Assembly (NCBI GenBank): GCA_039189765.1
Contig: JBCCYL010000011.1
Coordinates: 4,874-68,873 of the forward strand
DNA length: 64,000 nucleotides
Source: Cyanobacteria bacterium P01_F01_bin.150
Lineage (GTDB): Bacteria > Cyanobacteriota > Cyanobacteriia > CAKZMO01
Direction of reading: 5' to 3'
Shown one piece after another: positions 1 to 9,166 of the stretch (its first letter is position 1; every line of letters begins with the position of its first letter). The notes beneath the pieces are model-generated. The model searched no databases, was not told where the DNA came from, and saw only the letters and a program-made list of their open reading frames with translations. The position numbers and the translations under genes are program-made.

Positions 1-1
1 T

Positions 2-202
2 CCCACCAATCCTCAGATCTGGATTAGCCAAGGCAATGCCTTAACGGTAGCAAACCGACCCACTGAGGCGATCGCCAGTTTCGATAGAGCATTAGAGCTG
101 GACCCAACCTCTACACAGGCATTGGTGGGAAAGGGCAATGGCCTCATACTTCTTAATCAAAAGGATGAGGCGGTTGGTGTTACTCTCCGTCACTTTTTGT
201 GA
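2..202 (+). CDS. TPR-repeat protein, C-terminal fragment (5' end outside the window)
   Basis: Frame 2 is open from the window edge to TGA at 200-202. The translation ...WISQGNALTVANRPTEAIASFDRALELDPTSTQALVGKGNGLILLNQKDEA... shows TPR-like 34-aa units. Confidence 0.55.
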   Translation, partial: PTNPQIWISQGNALTVANRPTEAIASFDRALELDPTSTQALVGKGNGLILLNQKDEAVGVTLRHFL

Positions 203-708
203 TGTTCCATTGCAAATTCTTCCATTCAAACGGAGGTATGAGACCCTATACTTTTAATGGTAACGGGGTGTTTTCTCCAACTCAAACTGGGCTTCCATCC
301 TCCAGTGCAAGACACTTGGAGAAGATTGAGGAATTTAGTAGCCGCCGCCGTGCGATTATTGATCTTCCTGGGTATGCTAGAGCTAACTCTGGGGTTTGCG
401 GTTTATCAAGAAGATTGACAAAAGTGGTGAGCGTTTCTGGATTCCGATGTTCTCAACAAGAATCAACGCAATATAAGCAATATGATGGAGATAATCTTCG
501 CTACATGTGTCAAATACATGGAGCGATCGCAAAGAATTGTGGGTCTCTACCGACCTCTTGAGCTTCCAGATATGGGCGATTTTCAGAAGATTGCCGTAGA
601 GTAAAGGGGATACGGTTTATTCCTGTACGTTTTTCTCGGAATTGCTTGCCCTACAAGCATGTTTTAGCTCTCTCCTACAGCCTATTTACCATTCACACGT
701 GAGCATCT

Positions 709-3513
709 ATGGCAACTTCCTCCTCACATCCTAATCAAGACCCTTCCACCTCTCAAGACAACACTACCCTCGATGCCGTGGTCGTTAGTTCCGATGCGGT
801 AGTCCCCGAAGTAGTCCCGTCCGTTTTCGACGGCCAAGGGGGCAGTGAGGTTAGAAGCGCTGATGTTGTCGATGTTAACGTCACAACACCCAATGGACAA
901 CCTGAAGCAGCTATATCCGTCTCAGATGCCAAGCCAGCGCCTATGCCAGAGTCTCCCGTTAGTTCATCCTCTCCAGGGGGAGCATTGGCAGCACCTCCGG
1001 GCAGTTTTTCTTCATTCTTAGCGCCTTTGAATAAGGAAAAGTTTGCTGTTGTTGTCAAAGATGTTGAAGAAAAACTCAAGGTCGTTCAAAGTACCTTGTC
1101 CATGATGGACTCTTTGAATGATAGCGAAGGGTTTGATGCCATTCTTGAAGAGATGTTGCAATCCATCAGTCTGAAGACTGGGGAGTTGCTGAACGCTGAC
1201 CGTACCACTATTTATCTTCTGGATGAGGATAAAAACGAGCTATGGTCAATTTTGGCTAAGGATGAAAACGGTAATAGCTTGGAACTTCGGTTTCCTTCGG
1301 ATAAAGGGATCGCAGGTGAATGCGCTACGACCCGAAAAGTAATTCATATTCCAGCTCCTCCCTATCAAGATTTTTACGACGATCCCCGAGCCGCTTTTGC
1401 AAAGAAAACCGATCAAAAAACGGGGTATCGGACACATACCATGCTGGTACTGCCGCTACTTGATGAGGACGAGAATCTTGTAGCGGTGGTACAGCTTATG
1501 AACAAGCTAAAGCTATCCTATGCTCCCAATGCACCTTTGGCCGATCGCGTGGACCCCGATGGCTTCAGTCAAGATGATGAAGACGTCTTTGAACAGTTTG
1601 CACCGTCAATTCGTCTGATTTTGGAGTCTTCCCGTTCATTTTACAAGGCGACCCAGCGTCAACGAGCTGCTGATGCATTGATGCAGGCAACAACTGCTCT
1701 GAGTCGCGGGAGTCTGGACTTAGAAGAAACCTTAAAGCAGGTGATGGATCAGGCGAAGGAGCTAATGCAAGCTGATCGCAGCACGTTATGGCTGTTAGAT
1801 GAAGAAGGGGAAAAGCTGTGGACCCAAATTCCCATTCAAGGCAAGCTTACGAAAATTGAGATTCCAAAAGATGCTGGATTTGCGGGGCAGGTCGCAACGA
1901 CCGGAAAACCTGTGATTATTCCCTTCGACTTATACAATCACCACAATGCAGAAACAGCAAAGGAAACAGACCAAAAAACAGGGTATCGCACCTGTAGCAT
2001 GCTATGTATGCCCGTATACGACAGCAAAAACGAGTTAATTGGGGTGACTCAGTTAATCAATAAAAAACGCAAAGGAGAGTATCCTGAGTACAATCCAGTT
2101 GATTGGCCATCAGCACCAGAGTGCTGGAAAGCTAGCTTTGACCAAATTGATAAAGAGTTTATGCAGGTGTTCAACATCCAAGCAGGGGTAGCACTGCGTA
2201 ACGCCAAGCTGTTCAATAAGGTGAAGCAGCAGGAGCAAATGCAGCGGGATATTCTGCGATCGCTCTCTAATGCAGTGATTTCAACGGATAAGCAAGGCTA
2301 TGTAGTTGCAGCCAACGAAAGTGCCCAAAAACTCTTACATCAGGGTGACATGGCCCTGGAAGGACGGCAGATCACCGAACTCATTCGCCTCAAAGAGAAG
2401 AATTTTGCTGACTGCTTTGACCGAGCATTGCAGGCCGCAGAAAAGCAAGATCGGGAGCAATACTATCCTGAGCAGACATTGCTAGCGACAACGTCCAATG
2501 GCAATGATGCTGACGGTTCAGAAGATGCAATTTCCAGCGTACATTTGTCGATTAACACCATAACCGATGTGGAAAATCCCACAAATGTATCCGGCGCTTT
2601 AGTGGTAATGGATGATATCAGCGATGAAAAGCGCTTGAAAAGCACCATGTATCGCTACATGAGTCAGGAAGTGGCAGATCAAATGATTGCTGGGGGTGAG
2701 GACGCCAAGCTTGGGGGCGATCGCAAGGATGTGTCCGTGCTCTTCTCTGATATTCGCAGCTTCACTACTATTTCTGAGGAAATGGATGCAGAAGAGCTGG
2801 TGGAGATGCTCAACGAGTACTTTGAACGGATGGTAGATGCAGTCTTCCATTTCCAAGGCACTCTGGATAAATACATTGGGGATGCCATCATGGCAGTGTT
2901 TGGGTCTCCATTGGTGTTAGAGAATCATGCTTGGCAAGCTGTACAAACTAGCGTAGAGATGCGTCATCGGCTGGCAGACTTTAATGCCAAACGGGCTACA
3001 GCTGATAAGCGGACCATTAGCATTGGTATTGGCATCAATTCCGGGGATGTGATTAGTGGCAATATTGGTTCCACCAAGAGGATGGAGTTCACGGCTATCG
3101 GCGATGGGGTTAATCTGGGAGCGCGATTGGAAGGAGCCACTAAACAATATGGCTGCGATATCATCATTAGTGAAAACACCTACGAACCCTGCAAAGATTT
3201 GGTATGGGTAAGGGATTTAGACTGTATTCGAGTAAAAGGAAAAAATAAGCCAGTCACAATTTATGAACTGGTAGAGCTTCACGATAGTCCTGTTCCAGAC
3301 AATATTAAGCAAAAAATTGAGCTATATCGTGATGGTCGTCAGTTCTATCTGGATCGAAAATTCTCCAGAGCAATGGGTAAATTTGGTGAAATTCTAGAGG
3401 ATATTGATAACAAGGACAAAGCCTCTCAGATTCAGCTCAGCCGTTGTCAACACTGGCTGCAGAATCCACCAGAAGATGATTGGGATGGAGTGTGGTCTCT
3501 GAAAGAAAAATAA
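709..3513 (+). CDS. cyaB: GAF-GAF-PAS class III adenylate cyclase (CyaB1/CyaB2-like architecture)
   Basis: 934-aa ORF with a low-complexity N-terminus and two GAF-like modules (LNADRTTIYLLDEDKNELWS, MQADRSTLWLLDEEGEKLWT; each followed by DQKTGYRT). These are followed by a PAS-like segment, a cyclase homology domain (VSVLFSDIRSFTTISE, YIGDAIMAVFG, GINSGDVISGNIGS, EFTAIGDGVNLGARLE) and a TPR-like tail. Confidence 0.88.
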   Translation: MATSSSHPNQDPSTSQDNTTLDAVVVSSDAVVPEVVPSVFDGQGGSEVRSADVVDVNVTTPNGQPEAAISVSDAKPAPMPESPVSSSSPGGALAAPPGSFSSFLAPLNKEKFAVVVKDVEEKLKVVQSTLSMMDSLNDSEGFDAILEEMLQSISLKTGELLNADRTTIYLLDEDKNELWSILAKDENGNSLELRFPSDKGIAGECATTRKVIHIPAPPYQDFYDDPRAAFAKKTDQKTGYRTHTMLVLPLLDEDENLVAVVQLMNKLKLSYAPNAPLADRVDPDGFSQDDEDVFEQFAPSIRLILESSRSFYKATQRQRAADALMQATTALSRGSLDLEETLKQVMDQAKELMQADRSTLWLLDEEGEKLWTQIPIQGKLTKIEIPKDAGFAGQVATTGKPVIIPFDLYNHHNAETAKETDQKTGYRTCSMLCMPVYDSKNELIGVTQLINKKRKGEYPEYNPVDWPSAPECWKASFDQIDKEFMQVFNIQAGVALRNAKLFNKVKQQEQMQRDILRSLSNAVISTDKQGYVVAANESAQKLLHQGDMALEGRQITELIRLKEKNFADCFDRALQAAEKQDREQYYPEQTLLATTSNGNDADGSEDAISSVHLSINTITDVENPTNVSGALVVMDDISDEKRLKSTMYRYMSQEVADQMIAGGEDAKLGGDRKDVSVLFSDIRSFTTISEEMDAEELVEMLNEYFERMVDAVFHFQGTLDKYIGDAIMAVFGSPLVLENHAWQAVQTSVEMRHRLADFNAKRATADKRTISIGIGINSGDVISGNIGSTKRMEFTAIGDGVNLGARLEGATKQYGCDIIISENTYEPCKDLVWVRDLDCIRVKGKNKPVTIYELVELHDSPVPDNIKQKIELYRDGRQFYLDRKFSRAMGKFGEILEDIDNKDKASQIQLSRCQHWLQNPPEDDWDGVWSLKEK

Positions 3514-3629
3514 TAGTATCGGTCGAAGATAGATGTAAAATTGAACACAGTTTAGAAGATGTACCCAATACATTGGTGTAGTTCAGTTCGGGCATTTTCT
3601 ACCATCTGTTATTCTGCGGCTGACTGTCC

Positions 3630-5393
3630 ATGGCACATTCCTCTTCTTTTCATTCGAGGGCTTCCGATTCTACTGTTTCTGGGGCTGGCTTTCGCAATGA
3701 AGGGTCTAAAGTCGATACTAATCAATACGATGAGGACTCGACTTCACCATCTCCTTCATCCCAATCTCGTCCGATTCAAGCGTCTCCAACCAAAGACTCC
3801 AATGTTGAACGAGTAATTGCGGCGGTGGATGTAGGCACCAATTCCTTTCATTTAGTTGTGGTGACGATTCAGCCCAACATCCCAGCATTTAAAATTATTG
3901 CCCAAGAGAAAGACATGGTGCGCCTGGGCGATCGCGACCCTGTGACCAAAGATCTTACGCCAGAAGCCATGCAGCGAGGCATCAACGCTCTTAAGCGATA
4001 TCAGGAGCTGGCCCGTAGTTTTAATGCGGAGTCTTTTATTGCTGTTGCAACAAGTGCAGTCAGAGAAGCGCCTAATGGCACAAAATTTTTACAGGATGTT
4101 CGACAGCAATTGGGCTTAGAAATTAATTTAATTGCTGGAGAAGAGGAAGCTCGTCAAATTTATTTGGGCGTCTTATCCACCCTAGAATTTAATGAACAGC
4201 CCCATATTATTATCGATATTGGCGGTGGTTCCACTGAGCTAATTTTAGGGGATGGTCATGAAGCTCGTAGCTTAAGCAGCACGAAAGTTGGGGCCGTACG
4301 CTTGACCAGTGAGTTAGTGACGACGGATCCGATCAGTGGTCATGAATTTACAACCCTACAAGCCTATGCCAGAGGAATGTTGGAACGGGCGGTGGATGAG
4401 TTAAAAGCCCATGTAAAAAAAGGGGAGCAGCCCAAATTAATCGGTACCTCTGGCACTATTGAGGCGATCGCTGAAATTCATGCTAACAACCATTTAGACA
4501 ATCCGCCCCAAACCTTTAATGGGTATGAAGTCACCCTTGAAGAACTGGATACTATCATTAAGCGATTGCGCAAGCGAACCTTGGCACAGCGCTTAGAACT
4601 GCCGGGGTTATCTGAACGCCGAGCTGAGATTATTGTCGCGGGCGCAGTGGTTCTCCATGAAGCGATGAAATTGCTGGGGGCAAGATCATTCCAGGTGTGT
4701 GAGCGATCGCTCCGAGAGGGCGTTATTGTTGACTGGATGTTGACCCACGGGTTGATTGAAGATCGATTACGCTATCAGCAATCCATTCGCAAACGCAGCG
4801 TAAAGCATGTCGCCCATAAGTTCAATGTGGACAATCCCCATGAAGAGCGAGTGGCATGTTTGGCGTTGAGCTTATTTGACCAGACGCGGGAGACGCTTCA
4901 TTTTTGGGACGATAACCATCGGGAAATGCTCTGGGCCGCAGGAATGTTGCACAATTGTGGACACTTTGTACGTCACTCGGCCCATCATAAGCACTCCTAT
5001 TATCTGATTCGCAATAGCGGTCTGCTGGGATTTACTGAGATTGAGATTGAACTTATTGCGAATATTGCTCGCTATCATCGCAAAAGTCCACCGAAAAAGA
5101 AGCATGATGCCTATCGGAGCTTGCCAAGCGATCGCCACCGCTGCGTTGTTGACCAGCTTAGTGCCATGTTACGAATTGCAGTGGCATTGGACCGACGACA
5201 GGTTGGAGCCATTAAAGCCATTCAGTGTGCCTACAATATTGAGGACAAAGACCTGTCTTTGAATATGTATGCGGCATTTCCTGGGGATGAGTGTAGCCTG
5301 GAATTATGGAGCTTGGATGAGAGAAAGACCTGCTTTGAAGCGGCCTTTGGGGTAACCGTGATTCCTGTGATAAAGACTGTTTCTCTAGCTTAA
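3630..5393 (+). CDS. ppx: Ppx/GppA family exopolyphosphatase / guanosine pentaphosphate phosphohydrolase with HD-type C-terminal domain
   Basis: VIAAVDVGTNSFHLVV and IIDIGGGSTELI match the ASKHA/Ppx-GppA fold. The C-terminal HNCGHFVRHSAHHKHSYYLI is an HD-like region. The first ~65 aa are low complexity, so the true start is uncertain. Confidence 0.88.
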   Translation: MAHSSSFHSRASDSTVSGAGFRNEGSKVDTNQYDEDSTSPSPSSQSRPIQASPTKDSNVERVIAAVDVGTNSFHLVVVTIQPNIPAFKIIAQEKDMVRLGDRDPVTKDLTPEAMQRGINALKRYQELARSFNAESFIAVATSAVREAPNGTKFLQDVRQQLGLEINLIAGEEEARQIYLGVLSTLEFNEQPHIIIDIGGGSTELILGDGHEARSLSSTKVGAVRLTSELVTTDPISGHEFTTLQAYARGMLERAVDELKAHVKKGEQPKLIGTSGTIEAIAEIHANNHLDNPPQTFNGYEVTLEELDTIIKRLRKRTLAQRLELPGLSERRAEIIVAGAVVLHEAMKLLGARSFQVCERSLREGVIVDWMLTHGLIEDRLRYQQSIRKRSVKHVAHKFNVDNPHEERVACLALSLFDQTRETLHFWDDNHREMLWAAGMLHNCGHFVRHSAHHKHSYYLIRNSGLLGFTEIEIELIANIARYHRKSPPKKKHDAYRSLPSDRHRCVVDQLSAMLRIAVALDRRQVGAIKAIQCAYNIEDKDLSLNMYAAFPGDECSLELWSLDERKTCFEAAFGVTVIPVIKTVSLA

Positions 5394-5410
5394 AACTACT
5401 GAAAACGATT

Positions 5411-5455
5411 GTTTAAAATTAAAAGCCCCCGGAGACTCTATCCTGACCTCCGGGG
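5411..5455 (-). terminator. Intrinsic terminator for a minus-strand transcript (also sits just 3' of ppx)
   Basis: An 8-bp GC-rich stem ccccggag(5427-5434)/ctccgggg(5448-5455). On the minus strand it is followed by GCTTTTAATTTT. Confidence 0.6.
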
Positions 5456-5555
5456 CAATGAAATAAAACGCAGTAGTCATTACACCATAGTTAAAATTTT
5501 AGGAATCAATCGTTAAGCCTTGATGTTTTTCCACTAGACTACCGCTGCATGAAAT

Positions 5556-5584
5556 TGGAGCAGCGGACAGGATTCGAACCTGCG
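5556..5584 (-). pseudogene. tRNA-like 3' end (T-arm + acceptor 3' strand + discriminator U + encoded CCA) with no canonical upstream 5' half
   Basis: The minus strand reads CGCAGGTTCGAATCCTGTCCGCTGCTCCA, with T-stem GCAGG/CCTGT and T-loop TTCGAAT. The complementary acceptor strand GCAGCGG plus a D-arm-like TAGTCTAGTGG lies 7 nt downstream of the CCA rather than upstream. Confidence 0.5.
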
Positions 5585-5725
5585 TCTCACGGCGTTGTTC
5601 CCACAAATCTGATGTCAACTGCGAGGATTTAGCTTAAACCTAGAGCAATAATCTCAACCTTACAAATCAATCTAAGATGCGCAGAAGCGATGATAACCTA
5701 ATTTTTATCCGCCTATGTTTTTCAA

Positions 5726-5748
5726 CATGGAACAGGATTCGAACCTGC
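5726..5748 (-). repeat. Second, CCA-less copy of the same T-arm core (imperfect direct repeat of 5567-5583)
   Basis: The 17-nt identity acaggattcgaacctgc occurs at 5732-5748 and 5567-5583. A shared atgtttttc motif occurs at 5715-5723 and 5522-5530. Confidence 0.5.
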
Positions 5749-5791
5749 AACTCTTCTTAAGCGCTGAGTTTAAGCCTGTGCTCAATAACCA

Positions 5792-6058
5792 TTATAAGCA
5801 GGATCGTTCTTGGGTTGCACAGAGGTTAAATAACTCGGTGCAAGCCTCTTGAAATTGCTGAATCAGGCTATCCGCTTTCATTTGTACTGATTTGGATTCT
5901 TGAGGATACACATATCCATCTTCATTCCGTGGCTCATAGGTTCGACTCAATCCTTTGAATAGCTCTGTTTTCTGAGCAAGCTGCTGAACTGATACTTTAG
6001 CTTTGTTAGACTTGCTCTTGGCGGATTGAAGGATTGCAATTAACTGATGAATCTTCAT
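5792..6058 (-). CDS. Hypothetical protein, possibly only the N-terminal remnant of a longer gene
   Basis: 88-aa ORF ending directly at the tRNA-like block. It has no recognisable motif. The truncation idea is inference only. Confidence 0.35.
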   Translation of the reverse strand: MKIHQLIAILQSAKSKSNKAKVSVQQLAQKTELFKGLSRTYEPRNEDGYVYPQESKSVQMKADSLIQQFQEACTELFNLCATQERSCL

Positions 6059-6109
6059 TTTTGTCGTGCCTCACTGTTCTATGATTTAAGATTGAACCGC
6101 AGCGTATTA

Positions 6110-8194
6110 TCAAGCGGCCTCTTTACCTAAAAATGGGGGAATTGGACAGCCAAGAGAAATCACGATCGCCCTTAATAGTTCTGCTTCCTTCACCGTCACT
6201 TCCCCATCTAAAAGAGCTGTATAAGCGCAAGCATCCACCATCGATTGCTTGACTTTGGGGGCTGCACTCATTAATACTTTAAGGCTTTTGCCAATGCTGG
6301 GAATATTGGCAGGTAGAGGCTGGGACGGAATTTCGTGCTTACTGGATCCAGCCAATCGTTCTGCCCCAGCTTGAAAGGCTTCAGTGGTTTGGTCCAGAGA
6401 GCTGTGACCCACATTGGCTAAACCAGACAAAATAGTAAGGCAATCCTCCCATACGCTGTCGATAGACGTATGGGTAATTTTAGTATGGGGCTTGGTACTG
6501 AAATAGGGTTCCAAACGTAGCATCAGCACCACTTGCAGCGTATATTCCGATAGCGATAGGTGACCATCTGCTTGGACCAGTGCTTGAATTTGTTTGAGAA
6601 AGCGAACATAGTCCACTTTGGTTAAATTTCGCAGGACCGGAATCGTGAGTTCGACAATAGGTAGACGAGTGCGGGGGTTAAGCTTATGGACTAACTGAGC
6701 CATATGAACAATGGTTTTTAGGGCTTCTGAGGATTCGGTTTGCTTCAGTTGCGTAACTTGGCGATCGCGCACAGCTTTATCTTTAAAATCCAGCAGCAGC
6801 GCATAAATGATAGCCTTCGCTCCTACGGATGTCTTGAGAGCGGATTTAAGCCCATCGGGGAGTTGAGCTAGGAGCAATCGCGCATAGTCTAAATGAGCCT
6901 GATCGATGATGCCAAGCTGAGTAACCACCGTTTCGGGATTGGCATAAAGCATGGAGGAATTTGGGAGTTGGGAGTTGGGAGTTGGGAGTTGGGACGGGTG
7001 GCCTGTAGGTTGGGTTTCCTCCGTCAACCCAACATTCTGATTCGTGGTGGGTGTTGGCGTTGTTGATGGCGGTGGGGTGGGGCCTGCGAATCCGACTGCT
7101 GCGGTTGCTAGGGAAGCGGTGGGGGCGGTGGAGGCAGTAAAGGCAGTGGAGGTAGTAAAGGCAGTGGAGGACGGTTGAGTTCTGCTGTAAACGGCAGCAA
7201 TATCAGGGAGATTTTCTAGACGTCTAATTCGTTCTTCTAAGGGGGGATGGGTGGCAAAAAGGTTGCTGAATTTAGAGCCGAGGGCTTCCCCGAAAAATAG
7301 ATGGCTGGCTTCTTCTGCCTTGGGGTTACGGATAGTGGACCCACGGGGAAAGCCGCCAATTTTGCGGAGCGCATCGGCAATGCCGTGGGGATTGCGGGTA
7401 AACTGCACTGCGGAAGCATCGGCTAAAAACTCTCGCTGACGGGAGACCGCACTTTTAATCATGCAACCACAGATAAAGCCAATAAACCCGATGGCGGTTA
7501 GGGCGATCGCCATAATCACCGTAAAGGCAACTTTGCCATCCACTCGACTGCGCCGTCGCCCTCCCGAGGACCATATGCCATGCAATATCTCTCGACCCAG
7601 CAGATGAATCAGTAAGAGGCCCTGTAGGATACCGATTAAACGCAGGCTAATCCGCATATCACCATTGATAATATGGCTAAATTCATGGGCAATAACCCCC
7701 TGTAGTTCGTCACGATTAAGTTGTTCCACACAGCCACGAGTTACACCAATGACCGCATCGTTGATCGTAAATCCGGCGGCAAACGCGTTAATACCCGATT
7801 CATAATCCATTACGTAAACCTGGGGGACAGGCGCTCCGGAGGCGATCGCCATTTCTTTCACTACATTTAACAAGCGAGTTTCCAGCTCATCTTGGGTTTG
7901 ATAATCTAGTAAGCGACCGCCCAGACTGATCGCTACGACTTTGCCTCCACCCCGTAATTGTAGGGTTTTAGTTAGGCTACCCATGCCCACTATTCCTATG
8001 ACTCCCAGGGTGACACTCAGTAAAATTTCAGGCTGCCACAGGCTATTTCTATTTATGCCGCTGTCGGAGACCAATAGAGCAACAACAGCGATTCCGTAGA
8101 TGCTGACGATCATAAGCGCGATCGCCAGAACAAACACTATCACAAGCTGGATGGTTTTGCGACGAGCGTTGTCTTGATGTTCGAAAAAATTCAT
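6110..8194 (-). CDS. M48-family (HtpX-like) zinc metalloprotease with low-complexity linker and large C-terminal domain
   Basis: N-terminal TM helices and a HEFSHIINGD (HExxH) motif, with further TM helices after the catalytic region. A Thr/Ala/Pro-rich repeat linker is followed by a ~330-aa soluble C-terminal region. It lies immediately downstream of lemA, a common pairing. Confidence 0.85.
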   Translation of the reverse strand: MNFFEHQDNARRKTIQLVIVFVLAIALMIVSIYGIAVVALLVSDSGINRNSLWQPEILLSVTLGVIGIVGMGSLTKTLQLRGGGKVVAISLGGRLLDYQTQDELETRLLNVVKEMAIASGAPVPQVYVMDYESGINAFAAGFTINDAVIGVTRGCVEQLNRDELQGVIAHEFSHIINGDMRISLRLIGILQGLLLIHLLGREILHGIWSSGGRRRSRVDGKVAFTVIMAIALTAIGFIGFICGCMIKSAVSRQREFLADASAVQFTRNPHGIADALRKIGGFPRGSTIRNPKAEEASHLFFGEALGSKFSNLFATHPPLEERIRRLENLPDIAAVYSRTQPSSTAFTTSTAFTASTAPTASLATAAVGFAGPTPPPSTTPTPTTNQNVGLTEETQPTGHPSQLPTPNSQLPNSSMLYANPETVVTQLGIIDQAHLDYARLLLAQLPDGLKSALKTSVGAKAIIYALLLDFKDKAVRDRQVTQLKQTESSEALKTIVHMAQLVHKLNPRTRLPIVELTIPVLRNLTKVDYVRFLKQIQALVQADGHLSLSEYTLQVVLMLRLEPYFSTKPHTKITHTSIDSVWEDCLTILSGLANVGHSSLDQTTEAFQAGAERLAGSSKHEIPSQPLPANIPSIGKSLKVLMSAAPKVKQSMVDACAYTALLDGEVTVKEAELLRAIVISLGCPIPPFLGKEAA
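6961..6995. repeat. Heptanucleotide tandem repeat (ttgggag x ~5; CCCAACT on the coding strand) inside the M48 CDS
   Basis: Read directly: ttgggagttgggagttgggagttgggagttgggac. It encodes PTPNSQLPNS-type residues. Confidence 0.9.
7130..7170. repeat. 18-nt tandem repeat (2.3 units) inside the M48 CDS
   Basis: ggaggcagtaaaggcagt / ggaggtagtaaaggcagt / ggagg. It encodes the TAFTTSTAFTASTA repeats. Confidence 0.85.
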
Positions 8195-8203
8195 GGGTTT
8201 GAC

Positions 8204-8800
8204 CTAGAAGGAGACCTGAGGAGCAGTCTGAATTTCAGGAGCGTTGTCTTCCAGAAGTTGAGCCGCTGCGAAGTTGAATATGCCTGCAATAATATTGCTG
8301 GGAAAGACCTCGCGTTTAGTGTTGTAAAGAGTGACTGCATCATTAAACGCCTGACGGGCAAAGGAGATTTTATTCTCAGTAGAGGTCAATTCTTCCATTA
8401 GTGGCTTCATGCTCCGATCTGCCTTTAGGTCGGGGTAGACTTCTGCCAATGCAAATAATCGTCCCAGGGAGCCGGTAAGCGCTGCTTCTGCCGCACCTAA
8501 GTCTTGCATTACCCTCGGCTCCCCAGGATTTTGGGTAGCTTGGGAATGAGCACTCATGGCTGAACCCCGAGCCTTGATGACCGCTTCTAATGTTTCACGC
8601 TCGTGCTTCATGTATCCTTTGACGGTTTCTACCAAGTTGGGTATTAGGTCGTAGCGGCGACGAAGCTGAACATCAATTTGCGCAAAGGCGTTTTTGTAGC
8701 GATTACGAAACTTTACTAGGCTGTTGTAGGCTCCAACTACAATAGATGCCAGAAAAGCAATCAAGGCAAGAAAAACAACAAGGGTAATGATAAGGCCCAT
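8204..8800 (-). CDS. LemA family protein
   Basis: A single N-terminal TM helix followed by NSLVKFRNRYKNAFAQIDVQLRRRYDLIPNLVETVKGY, which is typical of LemA. Confidence 0.88.
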   Translation of the reverse strand: MGLIITLVVFLALIAFLASIVVGAYNSLVKFRNRYKNAFAQIDVQLRRRYDLIPNLVETVKGYMKHERETLEAVIKARGSAMSAHSQATQNPGEPRVMQDLGAAEAALTGSLGRLFALAEVYPDLKADRSMKPLMEELTSTENKISFARQAFNDAVTLYNTKREVFPSNIIAGIFNFAAAQLLEDNAPEIQTAPQVSF

Positions 8801-9166
8801 AGGTATAGTGTGATGATGTTAGCAATAAATACTATCCACCATCCTGCCTAAAGACATGGAAGGCATGGGGGATAAAGTATTTTGGATTCTGTATGGTTAT
8901 CGGTACGAACTGTATAAGATGACGAATACGTTACATATCGTAGTATTTGCCGCTATCCTAAAATCAGACTACGTTTTGGTCCCATTGTCCCGCTGAGATT
9001 GCCATCGGCTGCATAGATGACTGCTTTTATGGGATACACCAGCCGTACGGCAAAATTTAATGTTTGGAATAACATGATTAGCATTCTTCAAGCCGGAAGT
9101 GAGGAAGTGAGGGAAGTTTTTAAACGCCTCGCCCTGGGACTGTATCAATCAAGGTGATACAATCCA

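Noticed and set aside
199-561. 120-aa ORF in the gap between the TPR gene and the cyclase
   Set aside because: It starts with GTG overlapping the TPR stop codon. Its composition is odd (Cys/Arg/Ser-rich) with no motif and no RBS. It is most likely non-coding upstream DNA of the cyclase gene.
753-3179. Several 60-108-aa minus-strand ORFs inside the cyclase gene (753-1079, 1246-1437, 2463-2648, 2599-2856, 2679-2891, 2917-3147, 2964-3179)
   Set aside because: These are antisense shadow ORFs within a well-supported long CDS. Their translations are low complexity.
3559-3816. 85-aa ORF overlapping the ppx start
   Set aside because: It is an alternative frame of the ppx N-terminal region, and only the ppx frame continues into conserved domains.
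5556-5640. Intact conventional tRNA on the minus strand ending at the CCA
   Set aside because: The best upstream acceptor candidate (GCAGTTG) gives only about 67 nt in total. I could not fold any D arm or anticodon arm.
5400-5800. Two-piece (permuted) tmRNA gene, suggested by a 3' acceptor/T-arm piece lying ahead of a 5' acceptor piece
   Set aside because: The third acceptor base pair is A:U rather than the G:U needed for alanine charging. No GGGGCUG-type 5' end and no ANNIV...AA-type tag reading frame is visible. The D-loop analogue lacks the usual UUCGAC-type sequence.
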